A DNA stretch of 64,000 nucleotides, taken from Sphagnum compactum. Its lineage: Eukaryota. The notes beneath the pieces were generated by a model that saw nothing but the letters and a program-made list of their open reading frames with translations, had not been told where the DNA came from and did no database searches. The position numbers and the translations under genes were made by a program. The stretch covers positions 6,076,001 through 6,140,000 of the forward strand of contig OZ234493.1 of assembly GCA_965153455.1 (NCBI GenBank). The letters run 5' to 3'. Below, one piece after another: positions 12,521-24,564 of this stretch (its first letter is position 1; each line of letters begins with the position of its first letter).

Positions 12521-14067
12521 AAAGTTTAGTAAGGTTCCAGGACTTTGTTATCAGGTGCCATGTGTTTCCAAGTTTTTTCCATATGATGCAGGATAAGCAT
12601 GTGAAGGGTATTGTGATAGGGTTCATGGTATTTAGCATCAATAGCATACAAAGTCCCCAAAGATTGGAGCGTTTGTGTAGGATACAATGCTGTTAAGCAT
12701 CAATGACGCAATGGCTTAATCATCACTCTAAATAAAGTCTGGGTTGTTGACCAAATGCCAACAAAGTTTCTGGTGATGGAAGAGCAGACTGAGCGATGGA
12801 AACAGTTCAGGGATGTAAGAAGCTTATGTGAAACGTTAGCATTCTAGCCAGAGGAGATGCAAACCTGTCATGCTGTCAGGTTATCTCTGCCATAGTTCTG
12901 CCATTAAAGGCCAATAAAAAAATTAATCGAACTGTGATTCTCTTGTTTCCTTTTTGCAATCTTGGCAGTGTTTTCTTCCCTCTCATGAGCAAAAATGATT
13001 TCACACTGATATTTTGATGATTCTGCTTGTATTTTGATGATTTAGGTGTATAGAACAACTGGAGATGCTATTTTTGTTACTTTGATTTTCTTAGGTATAT
13101 AAGTAAGGGACCAGGTGTTTGACATCTGCGCAATCATCATTGTCTATGAGATGGGTTTGTGAATTTTCTCTGGAAGATTGAGCAAAGTTTTTCTATTGCC
13201 TTCTTTTTTTGTGCAGCCTGTTGCAGTTGTTTTCAGTCTTATTTCTTCTTCAGCTTGGAATTGTATATGTTTGGTACATTGTGACTATGCAAAGTCTGAT
13301 TTTGAGAGTGGGAGGGAAGCTTATGAATGGTGTCAAAATGGATACAAATTGTGTTGAAAGTTTTGCTTGAGGGTGGTACTCACATTGCAGACTTTTCTCA
13401 ATTGAGGACGGCTGTCTATTGCATCTGTGTTGAGGTTGTGGTTGGCCATGGATTCCAGACCTGATTCTTTGGAAGTTTTGACGAACTGGAATATTGAGGG
13501 CAGGACGTGTGGGTTTCAGGATTTCAGTTCAGGGTTATGTCCAAAGCAATTTAAGAAGATGTTGGTGGTGACAATTCAAGGAGGAGAAAGGAACGAGGAG
13601 CTCCTGAGACCAAAAAGAACGTGATCTTAGTTGCTGTCTTGAGAACTTTGGTCAAATTGGTCATTTGGTCGAATTGTTCAAATCTCAGCAAGAGCATGCA
13701 TATGGCCATCCCCAATAGCTTTTGTCTCGATCCCTCTATATTCTTAGGTCCTGTGTAGATATAGCACTCATCATTGTTCCACAGTCCTATGCTCTCTCTC
13801 CAGTATCAGCTGCAGCTGGGGATGTCAGAGTTTTCATGCATTATAGTGATGCTGCCGTCGTGCGTAGCATCTCGATCAGTTCCGTGGTGAATTTGAAGTT
13901 CTCCCTGTTTTACCGAGCACTGCTCGGCACTTCTTTATCAGCTTTCTCAACAAATATGGGCAACAGAGCTGCTGAAAGAGTTGAACTTCTGGCTTGCTCA
14001 AGCAATTCGAAGTCACAAACAAAGTTTCCTACAGCACAACAGAAGCACGTGAACTGTACCTTAGCTG

Positions 14068-14267
14068 NNNNNNNNNNNNNNNNNNNNNNNNNNNNNNNNN
14101 NNNNNNNNNNNNNNNNNNNNNNNNNNNNNNNNNNNNNNNNNNNNNNNNNNNNNNNNNNNNNNNNNNNNNNNNNNNNNNNNNNNNNNNNNNNNNNNNNNNN
14201 NNNNNNNNNNNNNNNNNNNNNNNNNNNNNNNNNNNNNNNNNNNNNNNNNNNNNNNNNNNNNNNNNNN
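14068..14267. other. Assembly gap (run of 200 N)
   Basis: Directly visible. Confidence 1.
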
Positions 14268-14764
14268 TTTTGTGGGAGAGAGAATAAAGAGGTGGTAGCT
14301 TTCTTTCTTTTTAGTGTTTTGTTTGGGCAAAGAACGAAGGGAGGGGGGGTACATAGAGAGAGATAGTAGGAAGTGGGGAGTTTTTGACACAAAATCACAC
14401 CTTATGTGGGTGGCTAGGACTGGACTTAAAAATCAAAGGAGGCAAAAAGGGGGGTGGAGTTGCGTGAGTGAGTGTGTGGGGTTGGGTTATTTTGTTTTGT
14501 TTTTTTTTGGTAGGGATTTGTAAGTGGCGAGGGAGGGAGGGGTATTTTGTTGTTTTTGTGGTTTGAACCTTGAACAAACCCTTTTGTTTTGTTTTGTTTT
14601 GTTTGTGGTGGGTTTTTTTGTTTGTTTTGGGTGGGGGGTGGAAGAGGGGTTGGTTGGTTGGTTGGTTGGTTTTTGGTTTGTTTGTTTGTTTGTTTGGTTT
14701 GTTTGTTAGAGCAGAACAATAAGTAAGTAAGTAAGGAGGATTTGGTTTGTTTGTTGGTTCAATA

Positions 14765-14789
14765 TCAGCAGCAGCAGCAGCAGCAGCAG
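14765..14789 (+). repeat. (CAG)8 microsatellite in a low-complexity GT/GGTT/CCT-rich putative promoter/5' leader
   Basis: cagcagcagcagcagcagcagcagc, flanked by (GGTT)n, (GTTT)n and (CCCT)n runs. Confidence 0.95.
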
Positions 14790-16529
14790 CCCGCCTGGTT
14801 TGGTTTGGTTTGGTTTTGGCTTGGCTTTTGGCTGGCCCAGTGTGGGAAGGTGGGCTGTAGACCTTTCGACTGGTGTGAAGAAGGCCAACGGTCAGGGCTC
14901 ATCTCCTGCCTCCCTCCCTCCCTCCCTCCCTCCCTTCCTTCTTCCCTCTTCCGTAAGTAAGTTATTTCAAACTTTTTGAAATTGGTGCTTCCTTGAAACT
15001 TGTCATCTCCAATCTTCGTTTTACATACCGAAAAACGAAAAAACCACAAAACTCTGGATTCGTTGTTTGATTGTCTTGTTTTGTTTGTTGAGTTGTTCTT
15101 CCTTTGGGCTTTTGGTGGGTTTTGTTGCTTCTTAGGCTTTTTTGTGTTTTCGTCTTCTTCAAAAATCTCATCTGCAGTTTGTTTGCTTCACAACATCTCA
15201 TCATACACACCTCACCTACATGTCTCTTCAACTTCCCCTCCCACGCCGCCCCCCCGCCCACTCATCCTTCCTTCTTTTGTTGTTTTTCTGTTCAGCCGTG
15301 AAAGCAGTGGGGGGTGCATTTGGTTTTTTCCTTCCTTTCCCCTTTCGGGATTGAATGAAGGAGATTGATACAAAGCATGATAACAGACAGATACCCTAAT
15401 TATTTGGTCTGTGATTGTTTCTCCTTTCTTGCTTGCTTGATTGCTTGCTTTGTTTCTTTGGGGATTGACGTGAGTTTGAGTGCAAGCATGATCACAACGT
15501 GAATAACATATACCCATTTGCTTTTTGTCAATGTTGAGTGTTTTTTTCGTTCAGGATTGAGGGAGTTTGATGCATGCAATCAAGCAAGCATGATGAGAAT
15601 GAATTCACCCATTTTGTCTGTGGGTGTGTTTTCGCTCCTTGAGGGATATGAAGGAGTGTTTGACCCAAGCAAGCAAGCAAAGCATGATAACCTCACCACC
15701 AACCATAATGGTTTTTGTATGTTGTTTTTGTTACAACTTTCTGCCCAGGTTGAAGCCTGGAGTGTTTTGCTTCTGGAAGCAAGAATGATATATTATTATT
15801 ATACTTCTTTTGTCCATTGCTGTGGGAGCTGGGATGTTTTTCTTCTTTTTTCTTCCCTTTTGATTTGTTTGTTTTAGTCTGCTTGCTTGGTTTTACTCCA
15901 GCACCCACCAGTCCTTACATGACTCCTCCTCCACCTCCTCCTCAGCAGTGTTGCCTTTTGTTTCAGGCTTGCAGCAGTATTTCATGGGGTGTGTGAGTTT
16001 TGACCTAGTGTTGGGTTGGTGAGGAAAAAACGTTGGAATAATTTTATTTTCTCTCATGTAAAATCCTTCTTTCTTAGAGTTTGTATGTATGTATGTATGT
16101 ATGTATGCATGCGTGCATGTATGTATGTGGCCTTGATGTTGTTTGTTGTCTTAGAAACCAGCAAACTGTTTGGGACTTGGAAGTAGTAATCCCCAACCAG
16201 CTAAGCTTCACAGTAAATCTTTTTTTTTTCGGTAGCCCATTTGTGTGTGTCTCCCTGTGGTTGGCTTTGTTTTGCAGCAGCAGTAGTGGCTCATGGTGAG
16301 CTTGACACAATTTGGTTGCATTGGTAATAGAGCAACTTTCTTATGGTTCCCTCATTTTGTTTGCAATCCAAGTGATAGATAGAATAAGAGGAGATATGGC
16401 TCTGAGGCAGAATAGGAGAAAATGGCTGTGATGTTCCCCCTATTGAAGATCTGAGCTATGGTTTGGATGGAAGTGATTGCAGCTCTGCTGCTGCCTGTTG
16501 AAACCCACCACCCATTGCAGGACAACACA

Positions 16530-16573
16530 GATAGATAGATAGATAGGTAGATAGATAGATAGATAGATAGATA
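16530..16573 (+). repeat. (GATA)n microsatellite
   Basis: Directly visible. (TATG)n near 16082 and (GACA)n near 16878 also occur. Confidence 0.95.
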
Positions 16574-18927
16574 CCCAGTTTCTCCTTTGTCAGCTCAAGT
16601 TTTTCTTCCACCCACTACTACTGTAGTGAACTTGGCTGTACTAAGTACATCTCCAGCTTCACCTGCAGGCTTTTCTCCTCGTGCTGCTGTTGTCGCCTTT
16701 GTGGGATGGGGGCGAAGTGCTTCATTTTTGGGCTGTTTGACTCAGCATTCTATCAGTCTCTTACTGTGAAACCACACTCTTGAAGCCACCGCATGTTTTG
16801 CAAGAAAATGGCATCCTAAATAGCCATACACCATGGCAGTTTTGAAACAGGAAGTGATGTGAGTTGCCCATCCTGCAGACAGACAGACAGACAGACAGAC
16901 AGAAGCAGAATGTAAATTTGACAGTGCCCTTGTGTCCATGTGCGCCCTTGATGTCACCCTTGTAGCTAGAGGTTCCCAGTTGTCTTCCAATACTGAGAGA
17001 AAGTCCTCATCCTAGGAAAGGGTGGGTCACCCATCTGCAATCCTAGCAAGAGCGAGTCCTGCTCCTAGGAGAGGGTGGCACCTATCTGCAATTCTAGCAA
17101 GAGCAGTAATGTGATTTGACCAAATATGTCTGCCTTTCTCTTTCTATGGACATACGTAAAGCACAGTTGCAGAGATTGAAACCTTGTGTATTGTTACCTT
17201 CCTGTCTTGTCTGAGTTGTGTGTGGTGTTCATCTGGTGGAATTGAGTCACTTGCACTGCTGCTACCGCCTTTGAGTCTCCATGATTTGTCTGTGTTTTTC
17301 AGCTCATGGAGTTCAGAAGCGAAACTTGTGATGTGGGAAAGCCACATCAGTCAGTGTTATGCTCACAGCGGCAGCTGTGGAAGAGATCATTTTTGTCATC
17401 TGGTGATGCTTATGATCAGATGATGCATACCTAGAACAAATTCACATTTATAAACCAGCAGATTGATGGGCTTCAACAAGATACAGAAAATGAAACAGAT
17501 TTGGCATGTTATTCAGCATACCTGTCTGTCTGTTGAGGCTTGCTGTCTTTTTTGTCAATGTTGCAGTTACAATGATATGACCTTTGTAACTTTCATCACA
17601 ATTATAAAGACTTCATATTGTTGCTTTGGTTTGTTGATTTTGAGCACTTTTCCTTTGTTTGCTGTATTTTTCAAATGAGCTTTGAATAACCAAGAGTTCA
17701 GGGGTGCATGTTTGTTTTGTTTAGCTCATTTGTGATTTACCTGCAGTTTGTACATTAGCAGTAATGTTGTGTTGTTTTTGGTGTGGGCGCAGTTGAAGGC
17801 AGCATTTCAGATTGCCCACTTCAGACAAGTTTCCTTGCTTGTCTATGTTGTAATAACAGTAGAACCTTCCTTATAGCAATGATCTTAGTAGTGGTGTTAA
17901 GCACCTCTACTTGGGGTTACTTTAGAGGTCATGGCTTTTATCCTCTGTTTGATGAAGTGGAGTTGCCTGTTACTTTGCTACATCCCCCCTGTTATGAGTC
18001 TTCTGATGTGTGCTGTGGAAGTGTGAGTCTTGCATTCCCAATTTCTAGTAATGGGTGGGTGTATCTTCTGATCAGTGTATCTCATAGTTTATTATTTGAT
18101 GCTTGTAGGTGGGAACTGGAAATGTGTGGAAAAAGGGGTATGATTTAAGGAAGTTGATGGAGAATAGGACATGAGAATTTGGTAAGCATTTGTCCTCTGT
18201 ATTGCATTCTACTCTTTATCCAAGCTGGTCTGGATCCCTATCCTCTCCTGGGAGCTGATGAAGTCTGTAGGGATGTTATGGTAGCTGCTGGTCATTACCA
18301 TACATGTTGCTGTTGAAATTCACTGAACATGTGTGTGACTGTCACTGTTGTTTCAAACTGCTCCGCAGCTTTTTGTAGTGTCTTGTAGGGCTCTGGGTCG
18401 CCTTTTTTTTCCTCTTTGCCAATATGTTATCAGACCTGAAATCTATGTAACCTGATTGTTGGGTCATGTCTGAATTGCATTCTCATTGACTTTTGTCAGA
18501 TGTATGGAGAAGTTCTTGATACTTCTGAAGTTTCTTTGTCAAAGTTGGTGTGGATCACAACACTGTTATTCTCAGATTGGACAAATGTATCTGGCTAAAA
18601 GTGTGTTTTATTATGTGACCAAATCTGTTTTGAGGGCTGAACTTGTTTTAAGGGGTGTCATGTTTGTGTTTAGTGTTTTTTGGTTTTCTGATAGGTGTTC
18701 TATATCTTCTTCACTGGTTGCTTGTTTCATGGGTACAACCCTACTACAATTCATCTGACACTACTTGAAACTCTGTGCTGTTGACAGGAGGCTCAGGACA
18801 TTGAGCAGGTGCTGGAGGTACTAGGACTGGTTCCAAACAGGGCAGTTTCACTTCTGGTATTGCAATTCAAGTCCAAAGGGGAAGGAGATTGCTTCCACTA
18901 ATACTCCTCTTGAGATCACAATATGAG

Positions 18928-19563
18928 ATGGTGGCCAAAGATTTAAGTGATTCGGGAACCCCAGGTACTTCAGAAGCTAGAAAAACAAATCCTGAGATGG
19001 AGGCTGATGCCAAATCAGTGCCACCTCCAAAGCGAGGCCGGGGACGTCCTCGAAAGAGTGAGTCTGCCACTCCTGGGGTGCCAAGTGGTGCAACACCTCA
19101 AAAACCTGTTCAAGGTCCAACACCTAAGAAGTCTGACACCAAGCCCAAAAGGATAAGGAAGAGAAAAGGTGAATCAGCAGCTCCAGCTATTGTTGATGTG
19201 GCTCTTGTAGGCCAGCCAGTGACTGGTGTACTGGATGGGTCTTTTGATGCCGGTTACCTCTTGAGTGTGAGGGTGGGGAATACTAACACCGTTCTTCGTG
19301 GTGTCGTCTTCGGACCTGGCTTGTCTTTGCCTATTTCCAAGATGAATGATGTTGCACCGACAGTGAGGCACATCAAGAGAGATGAGACAATTCCCCCACC
19401 CCAAGTTCCTGCATTTGCAGCTCCTGCTGCCCCTTCTGTTGTTCCCATGGGCCCGGTGGTGACTGTACCTGCTGCGGTGATTGTCCCAGAGACTGTTCCA
19501 TCTGCCTCTGCTGTACCACCTGCTGTGCAACTATCTACAGATGGCAGACTATTACCCAAGTGA
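18928..19563 (+). CDS. AT-hook motif protein, METABOLIC NETWORK MODULATOR 1 (MNM1)-like; single coding exon with a spliced 5' leader
   Basis: AT-hook KRGRGRPRK and the conserved block LVGQPVTGVLDGSFDAGYLLSVRVGNTNTVLRGVVFGPG...NDVAP. First in-frame ATG at 18928, after an acceptor at 18787. Upstream non-coding exon at 18109-18181. Confidence 0.85.
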   Translation: MVAKDLSDSGTPGTSEARKTNPEMEADAKSVPPPKRGRGRPRKSESATPGVPSGATPQKPVQGPTPKKSDTKPKRIRKRKGESAAPAIVDVALVGQPVTGVLDGSFDAGYLLSVRVGNTNTVLRGVVFGPGLSLPISKMNDVAPTVRHIKRDETIPPPQVPAFAAPAAPSVVPMGPVVTVPAAVIVPETVPSASAVPPAVQLSTDGRLLPK

Positions 19564-21569
19564 ATCTGGGCATTTGCTTGTGCAGTCTGTGGGACCTGAA
19601 ATGTGTAGTAACGCCACCCTTGGCTGCTGTACAACTTATACTTGGAGGTCTTATGTGATACTCTGCGAATCACAATCTCATCCATGAGTGTACATTGCTG
19701 CAGTGCAATCGCTGTTTTTGAAATGCTGTCATTTGTTGTATGACAAGCAATAGGTATGTCATATGCTCATTGTGGTGGGTATATGAATGTGCATTTGGTT
19801 TGAGGAATTAGCTCAGTAGCTTGAAGTAGGAGAGCTTGTTAGTTTCACGATCATTGTTACCATTTGGAAAGTTGTGGAAATGACTGGCTGGAGGAATCAA
19901 GGATCGTCCTTGGTTTGCTTCACATGCAGGAGACTCATTCTCCTAGAATTGTAGCTGGGGCATCATCATGTAGGAACTGTCAATGGTTTAGAACACATCT
20001 GGAACACATCTGTGGCCTTCAACCAGCAGTTGGTTGTACCTGGAGAATTTAAGGTCATTGCTTCATCCTTTTTGGGTGAAACTTTTGGGATGTGAAATAT
20101 TGGACCTTAAAGAAATCTCCTATTGCAATTTCTGTTTGGTGTGGTTTCTTTGTATGTAACAAGCTCTCTGAGCATCTTCTTGGTTATGATTGTTCATTGC
20201 ATGTGATTGCAAATTCTCTGCTTTATGTCAATAGCAAAATGAGAGGATTGAGCTTTGAACCTTGTGCTTGATTTAGATTTGGCCCGTTTTGCAGCCATAT
20301 TTTCCTTGGGAAAACAAGAGGGTGGAGCTTTTTATTACTACTTGTGTTGTTTTCTTCTCTTGGAGTCCTTTGTTGTTTGCTTTTGCAGCTGTCACTGATT
20401 GGTCCTTTGAAGACAACATCTGGACTTGTTGATGTCCTTCAGGCACCTCCTCCCCTGCCATAACTTTTTGTAGACTCTTTAGAGCAGATCCACCCACACC
20501 CAATATGTGAACATGAGGTGTGTGGGTGCAGTTCAAACCTCATATCCTCAGAGGTTTGAACTGCACGCCCCTGTTATTGTATGCTTTACACATGTTGCAA
20601 CTTGTTGGAATGGTGGACGTACAAGATCTAACAAAATCGGTCTTGTGTGGTGTGTCAATTCTACAATGGTATATCTTGGTGAAACCAGCCAATGTTGCAA
20701 AGCAAAGGACATTCTTTGGGTCTTTCTGTTACATGTCTGCAGGACAAGGAAAATCTAGAGCTTACATTTCAGTCCAGCTGTGGGCATTGCAAGTACAGGC
20801 TTGGGTACCGAAACCACCGTTGCCAACTTTATTTTACAGGCTTGGGTACAAACCAGTGTTGGCAGGTTCCCCGGTTTGTAGGGTTAAATGCAGGGTTCAG
20901 GTTATTGTGACCCAGACCCAAGTGAGCATCCTTTTGTGCAAACTGGTTCGAGAACTGGATCCTGGAATTAGAAAGGAGGTTTTCTTAAAAGGGTTCTCTA
21001 CAAAATTTGGGTGCAGTTCAACAGTCCTTGTTCAGTGAACAAGTGAATTCATTGTATCCCCATTAGGTCATGTTCACTACGATTAATGAATTCACTCAAA
21101 GTCAAAATCTAGTGAAATCTCTTGGCGTCCCGTGAAAAGAACCAGCCAACAGTGGATATAAACCTTTGTCAACTTGCTTTATTTGACATGCTTGACTATC
21201 AACTAGTGTTTGTGAGGTTCTCTCTTTTTGAAAAGAAATAACTGGCAGCTAAGTGTTGGGTATATGGATCCTTGACTAGCAATTCTCAAAAGTGAAAGAA
21301 CCAGTTATGATCAATGACAGGTGATGCTGGTTCTCAAAATCAAAGTATCAGTTTTGTCCCTTAGCTGGGGTTCTATAAAACATCAAAGAACTAGGACAAA
21401 GAACCTACCCTAAACTCCTGGTTCTTTGTCGGTTCTTTCATGATAACCACCAGTTCTTTGAAAAGAATTCGAGAACTCGGAACTGGAAGTTTTCCAAAGC
21501 TTTTCAAAAAAACTGGAACAAGCCAAACTGAAGGTTAATAGCAAAACCTAAGAACCGCACAAGACTGGT

Positions 21570-21699
21570 ATTGATTATTGACCTTTGAAGGGCAAACCTA
21601 TTTTATCCTCCAAATAATCAAAGTAGGTTTGCCCTTCAAAGGTCAATAATCAATGACTGGTTATGTCCGGTCATATGTCTGGTTATAACCAGTCATTGA
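21570..21699. repeat. Perfect 31-bp inverted repeat (21570-21600 / 21624-21654) overlapping a second 15-bp inverted repeat (21650-21664 / 21685-21699)
   Basis: attgattattgacctttgaagggcaaaccta ... taggtttgcccttcaaaggtcaataatcaat; tcaatgactggttat ... ataaccagtcattga. Confidence 0.95.
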
Positions 21700-24564
21700 G
21701 GGGCACTGAGTCTGCAGTTACTCCCTCCTCACTAGGCATAGTAGAAACCTGCCCAATACCGTGTGTTCCTGCAAAAATCAAGCTAACACACACAAGTTAT
21801 GAAGTGAAGCTCCGCCACTTGTGTGTGCTCCTACCAACAGGGAACAAGGTTATCACCTCAGCCAATCAGGCTGGTTATGAGTTATAACCCATGTCCAGCC
21901 AACCAATCAGAGTGCAAGGCACCTCTCAACGACTGGCTACGGGATAGGAACCCAATGAAAAATGTGTTTCCTGTCCAGCTACTATCCATCCCTCATACTC
22001 AATCCACTGGTGAGGCGATTGCTGGTTGGCTCTGGCCCGAGCTGGGAACCCGCTTTTGTTGTCCACTTGTCAACACAACATGTTGTGTTGCACCATACAT
22101 AATCAAATGGTGACTTTTCAAATTCTTGTACTTCACAAAATCTGCTGTCTATTGTACAATGCTGGATCTATGGCAGGGGCTTAAACTTCTTTCAAGCAAT
22201 TTTTTACAGCAACCTAGACCATTGAGTGTGATATTAAGATGCATGTGTGAGTGCCACATCAAAAGTCCTTGGGTAGGTCAAAGTTTAGATCCAAGCTTGA
22301 GTAACACTTTGCTTGGTCTCACATGAGACTGATCACGCTTTGCTATCTCATCATCAATTCCTTGATTTTGGCTGTACTAATCACAAACGTGCCCTCTTCA
22401 TGTATATATGGTTTTTATAACATTTTTCAAATGTATTCAAAGGTTGAGTCCTAGTGGAGTGCTGATCAATCGTTGATATGATGTTATAATCCACGTTGTA
22501 ATACAATGAGTAATCATCACAATGTGTCAAAATGATATCACAACATCATGTCAATGATTGTATATGATTGTATCAACATTTCGTTAGCATAATCTTAAAC
22601 ACATTGTTAGTAAAAGTGTTGTAAAAGCACATATACATGGAGAGCGCAACTTTGTGTAGTAATGTCTGCCAAAGACTTTATTGTGTAAACTTGAACTTCC
22701 AATGGTTGTTTTTGTGATTCCATTCATGAATGAGCAGATTGGACCAGATTTATATCTCAAGGCTCAAATAGAGATAAAATCAGTGCAGAAAGGGCTTAGG
22801 CTCTTAGGGTTACAAGTCACAAGATTGGAAATTCTTTAGCTGATCCTTCAACAACAATCCAAAATCAGCTCATCAACCTGTAGCATACAGTTTTAACTTT
22901 CAAGCCACCCAACATTGCCCACCCCACGGTCAGAGGTTCAGACTTCAGCCTCTCAGGTGGCACCCCTCCAAAAATTTGTCGAGGCAATGTCAAGTTTTAC
23001 AAGCAAAAAACACAGCACCAAAAAAGAGGCAGTGATCCTTGAGGTAGGTCCAAGTGGATCAGTGAATAATGGTTCACAAATGTTAAGAGGTGATAGAACA
23101 TTCAATTTGAACTTTCAAGTTCTTACTTCCCAGTTTGAAGCTTGACATCTGAACTTATCAACTTGTGCGGTTATTGCTTTCTTGCACTTAGAGAAGTTCT
23201 ATGAACCTGCATAACTAAAATAATACAAGAAGGAAAACAAAATAAAAACCTTGAATACGAAGTCAACTCCAAATTGATGTCCACCTTAAGGGCAATTACC
23301 ACAATCAATACTAAATCCTACTTGTTTGACAGAATTTTCCATTTATTTCAGAATTATTTGGACACCCCAACCAGTGCGCATGGGAAAGACAAGGCAACCA
23401 GCAAGAGTAAATACTCATATTCAAAGTAGTAAAGAACACTTTCAAGAATCAATTGATGCTCCAAATTCATATTTGACAAATTACAACAGAATATTCACTT
23501 GTAGCTACACTGCAAGAATGAACTCCTGATAGCCCCAATCCAATTGGAAGTTTTGGTCAGGTTTGACAAAGGTCTTGTGAAGAAGGTCTACCATATTTGG
23601 GAAATGTGAATGCTATCTGCCATTGTCTTTATAATGCTCGTCCCTTTTCCAGTGCAGTAGCTGCATCACCTGTTTTGAGTCTAGGAGCAATCATCACGTA
23701 CCACTGATTGCTTTACTGTCATGTTAACTTGGAAAAATTGTAGTGGACAGTAATAGACCTAAATTAACATGACTCAGAAATTCAACCACTCTTGCAAGTG
23801 CAGGCATGGCACAGCAGGAATGAAAAGTATGAAACAATGCCTGGCAGCACTTTCACATGTTTTTGTCAGAAGATGGTATGTTGGGGATCTTGAGATTTCT
23901 CAGCTGACTAGCCTACAACTGCAAATTTGACTATTACCATGTCATTCAGCTCAATGTGCTACTAGTTTGGTCACAGAGGGAAACATACTATGCACACTAG
24001 TTGCACTACACTAGTCATCAACGTTAACTCCATGCAAGCCAACCCAATTAGACTGGGACCCGGTGGTCAGTCATCCAAAATGAGGAAACCACTGGGGCTC
24101 TCAAGTCCTCAAAATGATGTGGGCAACCCTGTTGCCCATGTTCTGGCCCTGAGAAAGTCTCCACCTCTAGAAAGGCACCAATACCCATGACAGTAATGAG
24201 TCTGGGTCACCCTACTTGGTAGACATTAGGCCATTCTCCTGTACCATGTTGCATGGCAATATTCAAAAGTCTGGTACGAGATGGTTTAAGATAGGACACA
24301 ACTTCACTCCAATCCCTGTTTAACCCAGTGTCATTGAAGCAATCATCCACATGTATATCTTGACGAAAGGATCAGCTTCAAAAGGCACTTCATAGTTTGC
24401 TTTGCCCTTCTGCTTTTGTTTGGAGAGAAAAAGGTACAAGAGAAAAGTATCTACACCAGAACTGTGATTCCTGTACCAAATTCTTAGGCATAAGAACTGA
24501 CCACAATCCTCTTTTTCTGAGTAGCATGATAAGAATGACTTACAGCCAGAGCAAACAGGGATAA

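Noticed and set aside
13722..14398. ORFs spanning the gap
   Set aside because: Lengths are artefacts of the 200 Ns; no recognisable protein.
20520..21038. 172-aa ORF downstream of the AT-hook gene
   Set aside because: Non-ATG start, no recognisable motif, overlaps repeat-like ggttc/aaacc-rich DNA.
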